Shown: in pieces, positions 13,410-26,144 of the stretch
How positions within the stretch are numbered: the first letter of the stretch is position 1
Layout: every line of letters begins with the position of its first letter
Assembly (NCBI GenBank): GCA_030265395.1
Contig: JARFYF010000119.1
Coordinates: 44,876,979 to 44,940,978, forward strand
Direction of reading: 5' to 3'
DNA from: Rhina ancylostomus
Taxonomy: Eukaryota
DNA length: 64,000 nucleotides
Made by a program: the position numbers and the translations under genes
Notes under the pieces: generated by a model
Databases searched by the model: none
The model's input: the letters and a program-made list of their open reading frames with translations, nothing else
What the model was told of the DNA's origin: nothing

Positions 13410-14460
13410 AATATGCAAGTAGAGATGAAAGGCTGGAAGGGATGACGTTATAAAAATAGTGCATCAGAGGTGGAGGTGAGGTGCGGTTGAAAATTTCAAC
13501 AGCTGTAGATATGTTAAGGTGAATAAAAGGCAAAAGAGGAGATTGCTGAGATATCTGCCAGGATTGAACACAAAAGGATAGAGTGCATGGAGACACAAGA
13601 GTCAAGTGGAGAAAAGTACAAGGATGTGGTTAGTGTTGGTACCTATCTGTGAGTGAGATGCTGGGACTAGCAAGTCCATCTGAGATAGTGAGGGGTGACC
13701 AAGAGTAAGAGTTTGGGGAGTGGGAGTGCAGGGGCCAAGGTAAGGGAAGATAAGAGGGGCAATGAATTTGGGGAAAAAAGGGAAATTGAACTAGAGATTG
13801 AAATCTCTGCTCAGTGCAGAGTCTGACTGAAGATATCATGGTGAGGAATTTTTATAATGCTTGGGCGGGTGGTACAGAATGAGATTTAAATGAGGCTGAG
13901 GGGATGGAACAAGTGGTGATGTTCAAAGGAAAAGTGCTGCAGGGGTAGGGGCATGATGTGGTAATAAAGTCACACAGCCTCTACACTGGTCTGGGGAGAA
14001 CCAAATGGCGGAAGATGAGGCCAGGGAACTAAACATTATTTGATGGGAAGAAGTCATTATACTGTCACATGTGAATGCTTTTGCTGAAGGCACAGAGTGG
14101 TAATAACTAATCAAGTGGTGGAGTTCATAGAACTAGCACTAGGTGAAGGAAGATCAGCCCCAGCAGATAGTTTGGGATGGAGGATAGGAAGGATGCAATA
14201 GTTTGAGTTGCTAATCTTGAGAAGGCAGGAATTAATGGCATGTGCCTCAATGGGCCCTTCAGGGAATTAATACCAAAAGAGGCACAGAAGGAAGCTGCGG
14301 TTTCACCCAAGGTAACATGGTTCTGGAGGATTGAAAGGTTGGAGTAGGGATTTGAGAGGCCAGGTATCCGCAAGAGGTGAAATGAGTGGAACCTAAATGA
14401 CAGGAGAGAGGTGCATCAAGTGCTGGTGTGCTCTAGAGTTGTGAAAAGAATCTGAGGGGT
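13410..14460 (-). mobile_element. Very old L2/CR1-group LINE remnant
   Basis: About 1 kb of purine-rich + strand; minus-strand peptides ASFLSSIPNYLL and SNPYSNLSIL are weakly reminiscent of CSLDPIPT.LL and NYRPISNL motifs. Confidence 0.45.
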
Positions 14461-17167
14461 AAATGCATTCTATTTCCATTTGCATTCCATAATTTCCATT
14501 AATCCCTTCCAACATGACACCAATATTGTTGTTTTTCTCAGNNNNNNNNNNNNNNNNNNNNNNNNNNNNNNNNNNNNNNNNNNNNNNNNNNNNNNNNNNN
14601 NNNNNNNNNNNNNNNNNNNNNNNNNNNNNNNNNNNNNNNNNNNNNNNNNNNNNNNNNNNNNNNNNNNNNNNNNNNNNNNNNNNNNNNNNNNNNNNNNNNN
14701 NNNNNNNNNNNNNNNNNNNNNNNNNNNNNNNNNNNNNNNNNNNNNNNNNNNNNNNNNNNNNNNNNNNNNNNNNNNNNNNNNNNNNNNNNNNNNNNNNNNN
14801 NNNNNNNNNNNNNNNNNNNNNNNNNNNNNNNNNNNNNNNNNNNNNNNNNNNNNNNNNNNNNNNNNNNNNNNNNNNNNNNNNNNNNNNNNNNNNTATTTTA
14901 AAGCCTCAGCCAAAGAGACATGGCGTGCGCTGTCTCTGCATTTTTTCCTACCTTGGTGAAATTCCTCCCCTTTTCCTTCTCAGAAATCCTATCATCAATT
15001 GTGCTTCAGTCTTCCTCCCTGATTCAAATTATATCTAATGTACAGCAATTAAGAGCCAGGCAAAAGAACATATTTGCAAATATGTGCAAACCAAAATGCA
15101 GCATATATTTATTACACGTTATTTAAAACTAGTGAAAGATACACACTTGCTAATTTTACTTTCAGTTGTCATGTCTTTTGGTTACTTCACCCTCTCACAC
15201 CGCCCCCCCCGCATACACATTCATAATGGAAAGAGATATCCAATATGGAAACCTTTATATATAATGACTAAAAACACAAACCCTATCAGCAAAATTAGGT
15301 CGTCAAAGAGCGACCATCTCCCTGTACAAATGATAACATTCCACTCCGTTTACTCAGCCATACACTATAAGACAGTCTATAAAAGGCTGCAGCTAGTTTG
15401 ATCCACGCAACAACAGGTTAGCACATTAAATTCTTCACTACCCACTTTACCGTGTGTCTGGAATAGATGTCCAGTTCAACCTCACTTTCTCCATCATTCT
15501 AGGATGGGAAGCTGAGTTTGTTTCTGCTCAGCCCAAACCCCGCTTTAAATTTTGATCTACTCCTTATAATTTTGCTTGACTTTTAGTTTAATCCCACATT
15601 TTTTTTTACTTTTGAAAGACAAGTTTACTTCTAAGACTGCCGCAATGATTGCATTCCTTTCATAAATGTATGTAACTCATTCCCAGTTACTGGTGTATTA
15701 CTTGATTCCAACTTCATTTCCCTTTTCAATGTTGCCACCCCAAGCATCTCCTGAGCATGCCAGAGCAGCCGATAGCCAAGGAACCACTGCACTGCCAAGA
15801 AACTGCTGCTCATGAATCTGTCGCCCACTGTCACTTCAGCTGAAACAGCAAAGCAGAAAGAAGCTGAAATAAAAGACAAGTAAGGGAATACAAAAGAGGA
15901 GTTAAATGAAGTGAACTGAAGGAACATTGAGAAAAAAAATAACTAAGGAAATGTAGGAGCAACACAAGGATGATGAATGGGTGGAGATTCAGTATATTGT
16001 CCAGTGTACAGATAGGAACGTAAGGAAGATCTAGTGATGTAATTATTAAGTCAAAATATATAATTATACTTTTAAACTATCATCATGAAAATTGGGAATT
16101 ATAAACAAATGTGTGTAATGTTGAGTTACCAAGGTATCCATTGCACTAATCTTTATGATATCTACCNNNNNNNNNNNNNNNNNNNNNNNNNNNNNNNNNN
16201 NNNNNNNNNNNNNNNNNNNNNNNNNNNNNNNNNNNNNNNNNNNNNNNNNNNNNNNNNNNNNNNNNNCTACCATAATAGCTTATTCCTGCCTTCAAAATTA
16301 ACACAATGTTATTATTTGTGCCTTGTTAGTCTTCAAAAGTAAATTAAAAATCCCTACAGATATATCTTTTTCCCTTTCCTCAATAAGAGAATATGTAACC
16401 ATGAACAATGCACAATGCAATAATATGTGTAAAAGCTAATAAAGGAGCAGCTTAATATTACATGTCTTCCAGTGAGGGTTAAAGCTCATGTTTGTCATTG
16501 CAGTGGATTGCATGTTAATTTATGGTTTCACAGAGAATGATGCAACACAGAGAATGATTGCATAATATTTATGCAAATAAATATTAAAAGTACAGAAAGT
16601 AAATATTTGTCTGTTTTCAAATATTTTTAAAGGTAAATTGCTGCTCTGGATGTGTTAAAGGTCTAATAATGACCTAACATAGTCAACCGACATGCAACAT
16701 ACTGAAATCATCCCCTTTGCCTCAAGGCAGTTATCAAGCTAATGCCTTTCTGTTGTGTTTAGTGCCCTAAAACACAACAAAGGATGAGAAATAGGCAGAT
16801 GCAAAGCTAGTTTACCTAGATACCATGCAGATAAGTGGTTTCATCAGGAAAATGGAAGAACTGATAATTGTCTACACATGCCATTAGAATATATGTTAGT
16901 TTTGTTAGAATTGCTCACAATTAAAAGCTGTTGTAGCATAGCAGCTTAGGCACTTGCTTTTCACGATAACACCCGACCTTAAATCTACCTCAATTAATCA
17001 TATATCAACCAGCATGCAGGGACAGAGAATGTCTGAGAAAATAGGCTTTCTTAAAAGTAACAGTGGCCCAGAATTTGCTGAATGAACCTACTACCCACAT
17101 TCACTCTGAAAATGTATTAATATGATGCACTTTCTTATCCATATCCAGAAGGTTAATAACCCTGACC

Positions 17168-17378
17168 AAAAATACAAATAGAAAATGCTGGAAATATTTA
17201 ATAGGTCAGGCAGTAAGTGTGCACAGAAAGCAAAGTTAATGCTTCAAGTCAATGACCTATTATCAGACCTTTTAACACTATTTCATCAGAATATGTGTTC
17301 GTTAGAATTGCTCCACAGATGCTGACTGACCTGCTGAGTACTTCCAGCATTTTCATTTTTATTTCAGAGTTTCAGCAA
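17168..17378. repeat. Fold-back repeat, Penelope-like, with degenerate hammerhead-like core
   Basis: GAAAATGCTGGAAATATTTAATAGGTCAGGCAG pairs with CTGACTGACCTGCTGAGTACTTCCAGCATTTTC; the centre on the minus strand reads CTGATAA-T-AGGTC-ATT-GACTT-GAAG. Confidence 0.75.
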
Positions 17379-18121
17379 ATTTAATTTTCAAGATTGCTAG
17401 CCAGAGCTAACCTGGACCTGGCAAGGTCCTGCATGGCACTAAAAATAGTGAAAACATTACAGCNNNNNNNNNNNNNNNNNNNNNNNNNNNNNNNNNNNNN
17501 NNNNNNNNNNNNNNNNNNNNNNNNNNNNNNNNNNNNNNNNNNNNNNNNNNNNNNNNNNNNNNNNNNNNNNNNNNNNNNNNNNNNNNNNNNNNNNNNNNNN
17601 NNNNNNNNNNNNNNNNNNNNNNNNNNNNNNNNNNNNNNNNNNNNNNNNNNNNNNNNNNNNNNNNNNNNNNNNNNNNNNNNNNNNNNNNNNNNNNNNNNNN
17701 NNNNNNNNNNNNNNNNNNNNNNNNNNNNNNNNNNNNNNNNNNNNNNNNNNNNNNNNNNNNNNNNNNNNNNNNNNNNNNNNNNNNNNNNNNNNNNNNNNNN
17801 NNNNNNNNNNNNNNNNNNNNNNNNNNNNNNNNNNNNNNNNNNNNNNNNNNNNNNNNNNNNNNNNNNNNNNNNNNNNNNNNNNNNNNNNNNNNNNNNNNNN
17901 NNNNNNNNNNNNNNNNNNNNNNNNNNNNNNNNNNNNNNNNNNNNNNNNNNNNNNNNNNNNNNNNNNNNNNNNNNNNNNNNNNNNNNNNNNNNNNNNNNNN
18001 NNNNNNNNNNNNNNNNNNNNNNNNNNNNNNNNNNNNNNNNNNNNNNNNNNNNNNNNNNNNNNNNNNNNNNNNNNNNNNNNNNNNNNNNNNNNNNNNNNNN
18101 NNNNNNNNNNNNNNNNNNNNN

Positions 18122-18168
18122 TTTGTGTATTGCTCCAGATTCCAGCATCAGCAGAATTTCTTTTGTAT
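18122..18168 (+). repeat. Terminus of a related Penelope-like repeat next to a 658-N gap
   Basis: TTTGTGTATTGCTCCAGATTCCAGCATCAGCAG is similar to the reverse complement of CTGCAGATGCTGGTAATCT at 22789. Confidence 0.55.
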
Positions 18169-20988
18169 ACCTTATTCTTGCCCTGTTTACTCACAGTCAT
18201 AAAATCCTTATTCAGACAGTGTCCTAGGGCTAGCCTGATGAAAGTTGTGTGGGAAATCCAGCAAATTCATACTCAATCATCAGATTCCTTATGGTGTTCA
18301 GTAGCAGAGCTGAGCCCAGAGGTTATGTGCATCTATAATCATGCAGGAGTCTTGTATCAGCTGTCACCTAGAAATGTAAATTCTCGTTGTTCCCTGCAGA
18401 ACTACTGGCAAATCCCAACAAAAGAGATTGATAAAGAACAACACACAATCCAAACAAGCAGTCAGTAAAAATATATCATAGATCAGATGTTGATCATGGG
18501 GTGATTAAAATATATATACATTAATAAAGGGTTTAGGTTGTCTTCTCTAATTCACAATGCAGAAAAGCCATTGGTATAGAGGAAAATTGAATCCAAGATG
18601 GGTTATTTTATTGATGCCTCCTTCAAAGAAGGGAAAATTTGGATGGAGATATCTTTTCTCACATACTCCTGTACTGGCAACCTGTACAACAACATGTAAA
18701 GGACAGAGAAGAGGAAAGAAACAAAAATTAGCAAAACCATGACAAATATATATTTTTAAGAGTTTTGTAGCCAGCTACCAAAATGGGGCTTAGAAGAAAT
18801 ATAAAGCACATTCCAAATAGCAATCACATTTTAAGATTATTAAGTTAAAATGCATGAATGGAAATTTGAGAGACATTGTATAAGGTTTGATGAACATTGG
18901 TCAGCAAAGTACAAAAAGATTTTGTCGCCCTTTATACACTGCCATCAAATAGAAATATCTAGTCTGGTTCCTCTACACATATGAAACAATACAGAATATA
19001 TTTCTGCTTCTCAATGGGATTTACATCCCATGTGGTAACTCCACTTGAAGTTAGCTTCATTTTCAATATTTGGAACAGCTTAAATTTGGTTCCTTGAAAT
19101 GTAGAGCAAAGCAATTTGAATATTAGCCCAATAAATTATATTATAAATGAACCAAATATGGAGTAAACATTGCATAAAAGCAATAGAGTAATGCAGCACT
19201 AATTTAGATGATTGGTTATAAAAATGGAAGAAATTATAGAGTAACAAAATCTCAATTTTCTTTTCACTTTAATTAATCTAACTATTACAAAAGAATATTT
19301 GTTTACTGTTAGAAAATCTGAAAGTATTTCTTCTTCAGAAAATGAATGGTCTCAGAAGTTCTCTGAGAAAATACAGAGAATTTAAGTAGCATAATTGTAT
19401 GTGGAAATGGCCTGACATTTTCTGCCGTGGTTGCCCTTTACCAAGAACTAATTATAGACTTTTTGGTGTATTTAACAGTGATCAGAGCAAAAACAGAATA
19501 TGTATTAAATCCACATTTTCCCAATCTTGCCATCAAAACAATGCAATAATTTGGATTTAAGAACATAATAAGAAGATAATTCAGAGACTGTGTTTTTGTA
19601 ATTGGTTAAGCATTCCTTTTTTCTTTTGAGATATGTTTGTTTTCATGACCTTGGTAAAGCTTCCTTCCCTCCTGTTATCAGTGCAGTCATTATTCTTATT
19701 GGCTGCCTGGTACTCCATGTGGAATAACACAGGAGCACATTTAATCCACTGGAGATTTTTCTACAAGCTACAAAGAATCGTGCTACTGCTATCTGTGCTT
19801 GTATGTTGGCAATGGAAATACACTGACAGTTTTATTGTCAGTCCTGGGCTGAAGTGGTCACCAGTGGCCTTGGATTAGAAAAGAAAGTGGGGTTAAATAA
19901 ATAAATAAGCAACCTAAATAATGACCTGAAAGAGAAGCTTAACAGAGCCATTTCAGTGTCTGAGATCTTTGGCTGGCTGGAAGTCTCTTGAAAGTGAATT
20001 CCCTTCCTTTGGGAATGACAAGATAAAAGGATGACCAAAAGAAATATTTGCCTGGAAATTCATCCCTCATTGGTAGGTACAGGCTGCATGTTGCACTCTG
20101 CATCTGGAATTCAACCGTATTCAATGGAACAAATTTCAGGAGTAGTGCAGAATGGAGGAACTGTCACCAGAAATTAGGGATCAATTTCAGGCAATCTAAT
20201 TTTTTCTTAGAACGGCATCCCCAAACATTTTTAGAGAATCCATTTCCCTGAAAGATTTTCTCCTTTATCCCCCCTGAAAATGTGAACTCATGCTGAGGTA
20301 AAGTCATGGTTACCTGTTGGTTAGTGTGCTTCCTTCTTTGTGTGGACCTGAGTCAAGTTATTTGATTGAAGAAAGACAGCACAGTTAAGTGTAATCATCT
20401 TTTCATTTGACGTTCAAGGATGTGTACAAATGCATGCAGGCCCATCACTGGATGATAAGGAGGGGACACAGGGAATGAAGGCTGATTTCACCCTTCGTTC
20501 CCTGTGTGAATTCTGAGGCAAATTCTGACCATCTCAACTCATTCAGAAGCAATAAGGAAATAACTTGGAACCCTTTGGTCCAAATGGCTCAGCCTCACAC
20601 TGCTGTTTACTTGGAGTTCATTTGTTGTTCTTAAGATGTTTAATTATGGTGGAGCTTTGTGTTTAATTTGTGTCTGCAAGCAGGTTAAATACTAATGAAT
20701 GTTTAGAGTGAATTATATTTGCTTCAATAAAGTCTGGTTAGTATTGAGAATTTGGTGAAATAAAATGCGGAGCAAGTTTCAGTAAGTTATCAGCTGAACT
20801 TAAAGTCACTGCAATCTTGACAGTAATTTAGAGAGCCCCAAAATTTAAGCTGATGCATCATTTTCTTCAGACAGGTAACCTGTCTGCAATCAATTTCGGA
20901 CTTCTCAAAAAACACAATTTCCTCTATTTAAGTTTCTGAACACAGCTTTTAAAAAGTGAGGTTGCCACACTGTATAATTTTAGGGCAA

Positions 20989-21414
20989 TACGGACAGTAG
21001 CCAGGTCATTGACAGGGTTCCATTCCTGAGAACCATTTATAACCCGAACGGTTTGTAAGTCAGAAATGAACAAAAGCAGAGAGGATCACGGTAAGAGCTG
21101 TGCCAGGAGAGCAAGCAGACACGGAAGAGTGGCCACCAGCTGGCTTCACTCACCAGGTGAGTGAGCGAGAGAGCCTGCTTAGCAGTCCCAGCTCTCCTTG
21201 ACTTGCTCCAGCCCCAGTTGTTGCAATTTGGGGGCTGGAGTGGGTGGGTGGACAGAGAAAGCACACAGAAATGACCCACCCACCTGGCAGAAGATGCCTG
21301 CAGCCCCGCAGCAGCCGGCAAATCCATTCCTGACAATTCGCTGGTCTCCCAAACCCTCATTCGTATGTATGAAGTGTCTATAAACTGGGGTTTGTAACCT
21401 GGGAAGGACCTGCA
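20989..21414 (+). mobile_element. Tigger/pogo-type (Tc1-mariner) non-autonomous DNA element with GC-rich interior
   Basis: Left end TACGGACAGTAGCCAGGTC...GGGTTCCATTCCTGAGAACC; right end TTTGTAACCTGGGAAGGACCTGCA; subterminal motif shared with the 22.4 kb and 58.7-59.1 kb elements. Confidence 0.6.
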
Positions 21415-21504
21415 ATGGATAAGAATGAGCCCAGAGAGGGAAGAGGGCTTGGTGGCTTATTCATGTCTGTATTGTGCTTGGCCATTTACATGGAATATAA
21501 ATAT

Positions 21505-21762
21505 AGACAGTACAGCATAGGAACAGGCCCTTCGGCCCATGACGTCAGTACTGACCACGATGCCAATCCAAACTAATCCTATCTGCCTGCACATGGTCTA
21601 CATTCCTCCATTCCCTACCTGTTCATGTGCCTGTCTAAATGCCTCTTAAACATTGCTATTGTATTTACTTCCACCACTTCCCCTGGCAACAGGTTCCAGG
21701 CACCTACCACTCTGCGTAATAAAAAACATGCTTCATAAATCTCCTTTAAGCTTTCCCCCTCA
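21505..21762 (-). mobile_element. CR1/HER1-type LINE 3' end
   Basis: ACAGTACAGCATAGGAACAGGCCCTTCGGCCCA...TTCCAGGCACCTACCACTCT is the reverse complement of a RVVGAWN.L-type 3' end. Confidence 0.85.
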
Positions 21763-22361
21763 CAAAGTTATTCACTATTATTTGCAGTTGAAGTTAACTT
21801 TGACGCAGTGTAGCATTTTGATTGATAAAAGGAATCCAGCACTTATTGTGTTGATCTCAAAGTTTGTGACCTTGTTTCTGAATCCTTCATGGATATGATA
21901 TACATTGAGCACTGAATATGTGCAATGGCACACAGTGCCTTGTGATGTACATCTGGTTGCCTTCCCTGCAGCTTTCATTTGTACATTTGTGGCCTACTTA
22001 AGCAAAACATAAAACAGATCTTCCACAAAAATAACTTTTTATCATTTAAATCAATAGTAACTGTTTTAAATTGTTTCTGGATGTCAGAGACGTATATAAC
22101 CAGTGAAACATTCTGCGACAGCATGAGCCATCAGAGGTTGGTGCTTCAGGATGAAACATTTATAGACTTAGTGACTACTTGACTACTAGTGTCTACTGAA
22201 CCAGGGCCTCCAGATGATTGGGAACTATCTGTCCCCAAAGGGTCATCACAGCCATAGGGCTGGTGTGGGAGTAAAATATAGGTGATGGGTGGAATCTGAC
22301 ATATAAATTCAGAACTTACATTTCCACTGTGAGTTGGGTTGGGGGTGATATCTTCACTATT

Positions 22362-22608
22362 CAATTGTCCTCCAATTTATGAATGGATTATGTTCCTGGG
22401 AAACAGTTCTTTAACCAAAAGTCCATAAATCAAAAATGCTGGATGAAATTCGTTGTGGGCATTTTGATCCAGTATATATCTACGCACAGTGAATGGTATG
22501 ATGTTCCTCTTAGCAAGAAATAGATCTGCAGGTGGAAGATGTGTATTCTAAAGAGGTGTCATTGTGAAAATTCATAAATTGAATCTTTGTAAATCAAGGA
22601 ATACCTTG
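22362..22608 (+). mobile_element. Decayed Tigger-type MITE
   Basis: Left CAATTGTCCTCCAATTTATGAATGGATTATGTTCCTGGGAAACAG and right TTTGTAAATCAAGGAATACCTTG form degenerate TIRs; shares a GTTCCTG-GAA-CAG subterminal motif. Confidence 0.45.
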
Positions 22609-22784
22609 AAAAGCTACACAATATTTAAAACTGTATATTTTTAGTTGTAAAAGGAGTTGCAGTTTTTTCCATGTTTACCAAGTGAGTGTCGCTATCCACC
22701 AGTTTATTGATTTCAGCACTACATCCCTTTAAAATAATCCATCTATAGTTTGCTAAGTGGTCTATAAAGTAAAAGAAAATTTTA

Positions 22785-22977
22785 AAAACTGCAGATGCTG
22801 GTAATCTAAACAACCAAGAATGCAGGAAATGCTCAGCAGGTCAGGCTGCACCTGCGGGAAGAGAAACAGAGTTAATGTTTCAGATCAAATCTTCGACCTG
22901 AAACATTAACTGTGTTTCTCTTCCCACAGATGCAGCCTGACCTGCTGAATATTTCCTGCATGTTCTCTTTTTATTTT
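22785..22977. repeat. Fold-back repeat with about 70-bp near-perfect arms (Penelope-like)
   Basis: ATGCAGGAAATGCTCAGCAGGTCAGGCTGCACCTGCGGGAAGAGAAACAGAGTTAATGTTTCAGATC / loop AAATCTTC / GACCTGAAACATTAACTGTGTTTCTCTTCCCACAGATGCAGCCTGACCTGCTGAATATTTCCTGCAT. Confidence 0.9.
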
Positions 22978-23544
22978 AGTCTATAAAATACCATCGGTAA
23001 TATGCTAATACACACACAAATCCCAGCAGTTTAAATTGGTAAATTGCCAGTGGATTTTTCACGGCAGACTGTAGAATTACCTTTTTCACCTCTTTGGTGT
23101 GATAAGGAAGTGCTAAATCAAAGCAAATGCCAAGCCCTCTCTGACAAACCAAGCAGCATTTGAACCACTCATTGCCAAAGCAGGGCATGCAGACTTTGAC
23201 TGTGAGTCTCTCTGTGGATCAGACAGGCATGTAACAGCCGCTTTGTGCCACCTGCTATCTATCACTTAATTAGCATAATCATCTAATTTCCAGTTGGAAA
23301 TAATAGTGTCATGCACTTTTCTGTAATTGCTACTGTCATAATATATGCTGAATTATGTGACACTTGTGTTATATGATTAGACATTTCAGGGGGTGGCTAA
23401 GGCATCAAATTCACACATCAGTACCTTTGATCTTGGTCATGATACTAACCAGTAAAATAACTTCAGAAGCTTTTTGTATTTTGAAAGTTAAACTATTATT
23501 AGAATGTGGTAAGATAGAAAAAAATACATAAATTACAAATTCTT

Positions 23545-23685
23545 CTTGTGCATGGAATGTGCTGCCTGGGGTGGTGGTGGAGGCAGATACATTGGACAGG
23601 TTCAAGATGTTGTTGGATAGGCATATGGAGGAGTGTGGGATAGAGGGATATGCGGGAGGAAAGGGTTAGATGGTGGGAGGTGTGG
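23545..23685 (+). mobile_element. CR1-type LINE 3' end running into a gap
   Basis: GCATGGAATGTGCTGCCTGGGGTGGTGGTGGAGGCAGATACA (AWNVLPGVVVEADT motif). Confidence 0.85.
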
Positions 23686-25624
23686 NNNNNNNNNNNNNNN
23701 NNNNNNNNNNNNNNNNNNNNNNNNNNNNNNNNNNNNNNNNNNNNNNNNNNNNNNNNNNNNNNNNNNNNNNNNNNNNNNNNNNNNNGATCATCAGATATAA
23801 TGAGGATTTTAAATATTTACAGTATTAAGTAGGTGTGCCGATGGGTGAGGTAGAAGGGAGCAGATTATAAGTATGAAAGAAAACTTGATGTTTTGCATAA
23901 TTAGCTTGCTTGCGTTTTACTCTTAGGGATTATATCACTAGGTACCCATAGGTAATGAATAGGCCAGCCTGAGGAAGTTTAACTCCATTTCAACAGATAT
24001 CACTGAACCAAAGCATAAAAGAAACAGCAAGCTGGAGACTGAATGGTATCAGCTCGTGTTAATGTCGAGACCAGTGTAATTGCATTATAATGGGCAGCCA
24101 TGCTACAAGCACTATTGACAAGGGAACCATGATTTTCAGACTCAATAGATGTACTGTATTTCCTGAATCACTCTTCCTTCAGTATTCTAGATGCGTATAG
24201 TTTCCTCTGATTTTGAACTGGAAGTGTGCACTGTTGTCTCAGCAAGACTATCTTAGCATAAAAATGTAAATTAGTGTTTCACAACTGGTTGCTGGAAATG
24301 ATGCAAACATTTGATTTACCACCATTTTTACAAATAGCTGCTACATTTTAAAATGGTATTCAAACATCTATAAAGCTACCAAAAGCTACACTAAATACTA
24401 GTTAATTTTCTATATGTTTATGTGTTTAAATCAGACTTTCATTTTAATATTTTCTTGATGACTGATTTATGACAATTGCAAACAGGTACAATATTAAAGA
24501 AGCCATTCTCTTTGATGCAGGTTTTCTTCCTGAGCAGAAAGATATACTGTCTGTTTTACCTTGATATTGAATAACAGCATTTAAACATTTGTAGTAGCTC
24601 CCTGTCCCACTGTGAAAGGAGGTATTTGGACCAAGACTGCGGTGAATGAAAATTATATAAACAGTGCAGTCACATTTATCATCAGAGCAGAAATTTGTTT
24701 TCTACTATGTTATATTTTTGTGTGTGAGTTGAGTATTAAAGCTCAAAAAAATTTCAAAACTAAGTAGGATGGGCCAGGTTCTAATTGAAATCCTGACACT
24801 GGACCCATTTGGATTTAACTGTAGTGCTGGTAAAAAGGTTTTAAAATAATTCTGCAATTCTCGCTTAAGTGATTCTGAATCCTTTGGCAATCTTTTCATC
24901 CAAGCAACCAATCATTGCAGAGAAGATTGTGAGATATTTAACAAAACCTAACTAATTATAATTATTTTCATTGTTGAGGTGAAACACAACACTTAATTAA
25001 AAAATAGTTACTTATTCTCTTGAACAAATTGAATAACAGTAAAGAAAAGTGGAACAGGCAAGTTGTTTTTTATAAGAAATCTGTTGCATGTTTTATTTCT
25101 CTTTTGCTCACTCTTTCAGTATCCTTTCTCTGTCTCACTCTCATTCTATGCATATTTTAAACAAAATCAAGAACTTTAAATCCGCAGCAAATTTTATTGG
25201 CCGAGTGTCAAACTGAACAGAAAAGATCTTTTTTTTTCATATGTATTTCTAAGGTCTGGCCATATCCAGCAAGATTGCATTTGCTGCTCATTCTTGTTGC
25301 TCTGAGATGGTGGTCAGCCCTCTCTTTGTAAATACAGTTATTGCACTGGAGGTTTTAGCATTGTTGTTGGGTGGGGAATCTCAAGATTTTAACAGAGAAC
25401 CAATGAAATCATACTTGTGCCATGAATCGTACCTCAGAAGCACTGGGGGCTCAGCCATTCATACTTAAGCTGCACCCAGACTTATTCAGACCTACTGTTA
25501 GTCTGGGATGTGCTAACTGTTGAAAAATACCTTAATCCTGCATATGATTGCTGCAGTTGGGTAAATGTCTTTGAGGATACTGATGATGGGAACCTGGGCA
25601 ATGGCAGTTACATTAAGTTTTATT

Positions 25625-25940
25625 TTCATTTATTTATTCACGGGGTGTGGGTACATTGGTAATGTCCATCCTTTATTGCCCCAAAATTGAGTTAGGAGTC
25701 AACCACATTGGTGGGTCTTAAGCTACTCAGAAACCAGACTGAAAAACTGGCTGATTTCCATCCTAAAGGACAGTAGTAAACTGGATGAGTTTTGACAACA
25801 ATCCAATAGTTTTTGTTACTTCTTTTAAGCCCACATTTTATTACTTGAATTTAAATCACTTAAATTGAAATTTTGCAAGTGACTTGAACCCATGTCTCTG
25901 GATCAGTAGTCCATCAACTTAACCACAAAGCTTACCATAG
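25625..25940 (-). mobile_element. Old SINE-like repeat carrying the LINE-derived tail also seen at 12510-12585 and 37715
   Basis: TTTATTCACGGGGTGTGGG...TTTATTGCCCC tail at left; GACTTGAACCC (reverse B-box-like) at right. Confidence 0.55.
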
Positions 25941-26144
25941 CACATTATTAGGGCTATGATGTTAATTGAGTTTTCCTTGCTGGGGATAGTCAATACCTGA
26001 AACACAGCATCAGTATTATCTGCCACTTGGCAGCCTTCATCTGATCTTGTCTAGTTCTTTCTGTGGGCCTTATGAATTCTGAACAGAACTGAATAGGATA
26101 GACACTAAGTTCACTCCTAACTTCTTGATAAAAAGGAGAAAAAA

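Noticed and set aside
17381-18227. Long ORFs in the track (also at 5067, 14470 and 58181)
   Set aside because: Artefacts of reading through N-runs
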